The translations under genes were made by a program, and so were the position numbers. This document shows, one piece after another, positions 63,776 to 64,000 of a DNA stretch of 64,000 nt. Below the pieces are notes generated by a model. It was not told where the DNA came from. It saw only the letters and a list, made by a program, of their open reading frames with translations, and searched no databases. The stretch is from Macrostomum hystrix (lineage: Eukaryota > Animalia > Platyhelminthes): positions 17,918,001-17,982,000 of the forward strand of contig CATNEN010000039.1 of assembly GCA_950097015.1 (NCBI GenBank), written 5' to 3'. The stretch's first letter is position 1, and each line of letters opens with the position of its first letter.

Positions 63776-64000
63776 TACTATAATTTTGTTCGTTTCTTTT
63801 CGCTGCTTTTGTCGCTTTTATCCTAGGAGCTTATTTTTCTTGACCTGACATGCTAGCGAATTTAAACAAAAAGTAGGAAAGTTATCTGTCAGCCATCAAT
63901 CAGGGTGTAATTAGCCTGAGCTAGCACCTGCAATATTCTCGGGGGAGGGAGTGAGGTAGATTAGGCTCTTGATAGAGAGTATTTTATTTTATGCTCCTTC

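Overview
Eukaryotic (metazoan) genomic DNA with spliceosomal introns and a very high density of unrelated minisatellites. The style is consistent with a free-living flatworm such as Macrostomum, but this is inference only. Host genes: the 3' end of an Scm-type SAM-domain gene; three GT32 (DXD) glycosyltransferase paralogs with apparent gene-conversion tracts; a RERG/RASL-like small GTPase with a GC-AG intron; a 12-exon, ~2,680-codon NO VEIN-like gene (sacsin-type GHKL ATPase plus C-terminal DUF3883 nuclease-fold domain); an orphan two-exon gene; and a DEG/ENaC channel. Mobile DNA: a deleted Harbinger, a decayed piggyBac, a BEL/Pao relic with a solo LTR inside it, a LINE fragment, two tRNA-derived SINE families and a hAT-like MITE. 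The largest structure is a 15.7 kb Mutator-like element (9-bp TSD, intact PHD-FLYWCH-MULE transposase). Its first intron carries an intact 11.2 kb EnSpm/CACTA element that encodes a transposase and a six-exon BEN-like accessory gene not visible in the ORF track. Exon boundaries were read by eye from splice signals and frame continuity; no database searches were run.
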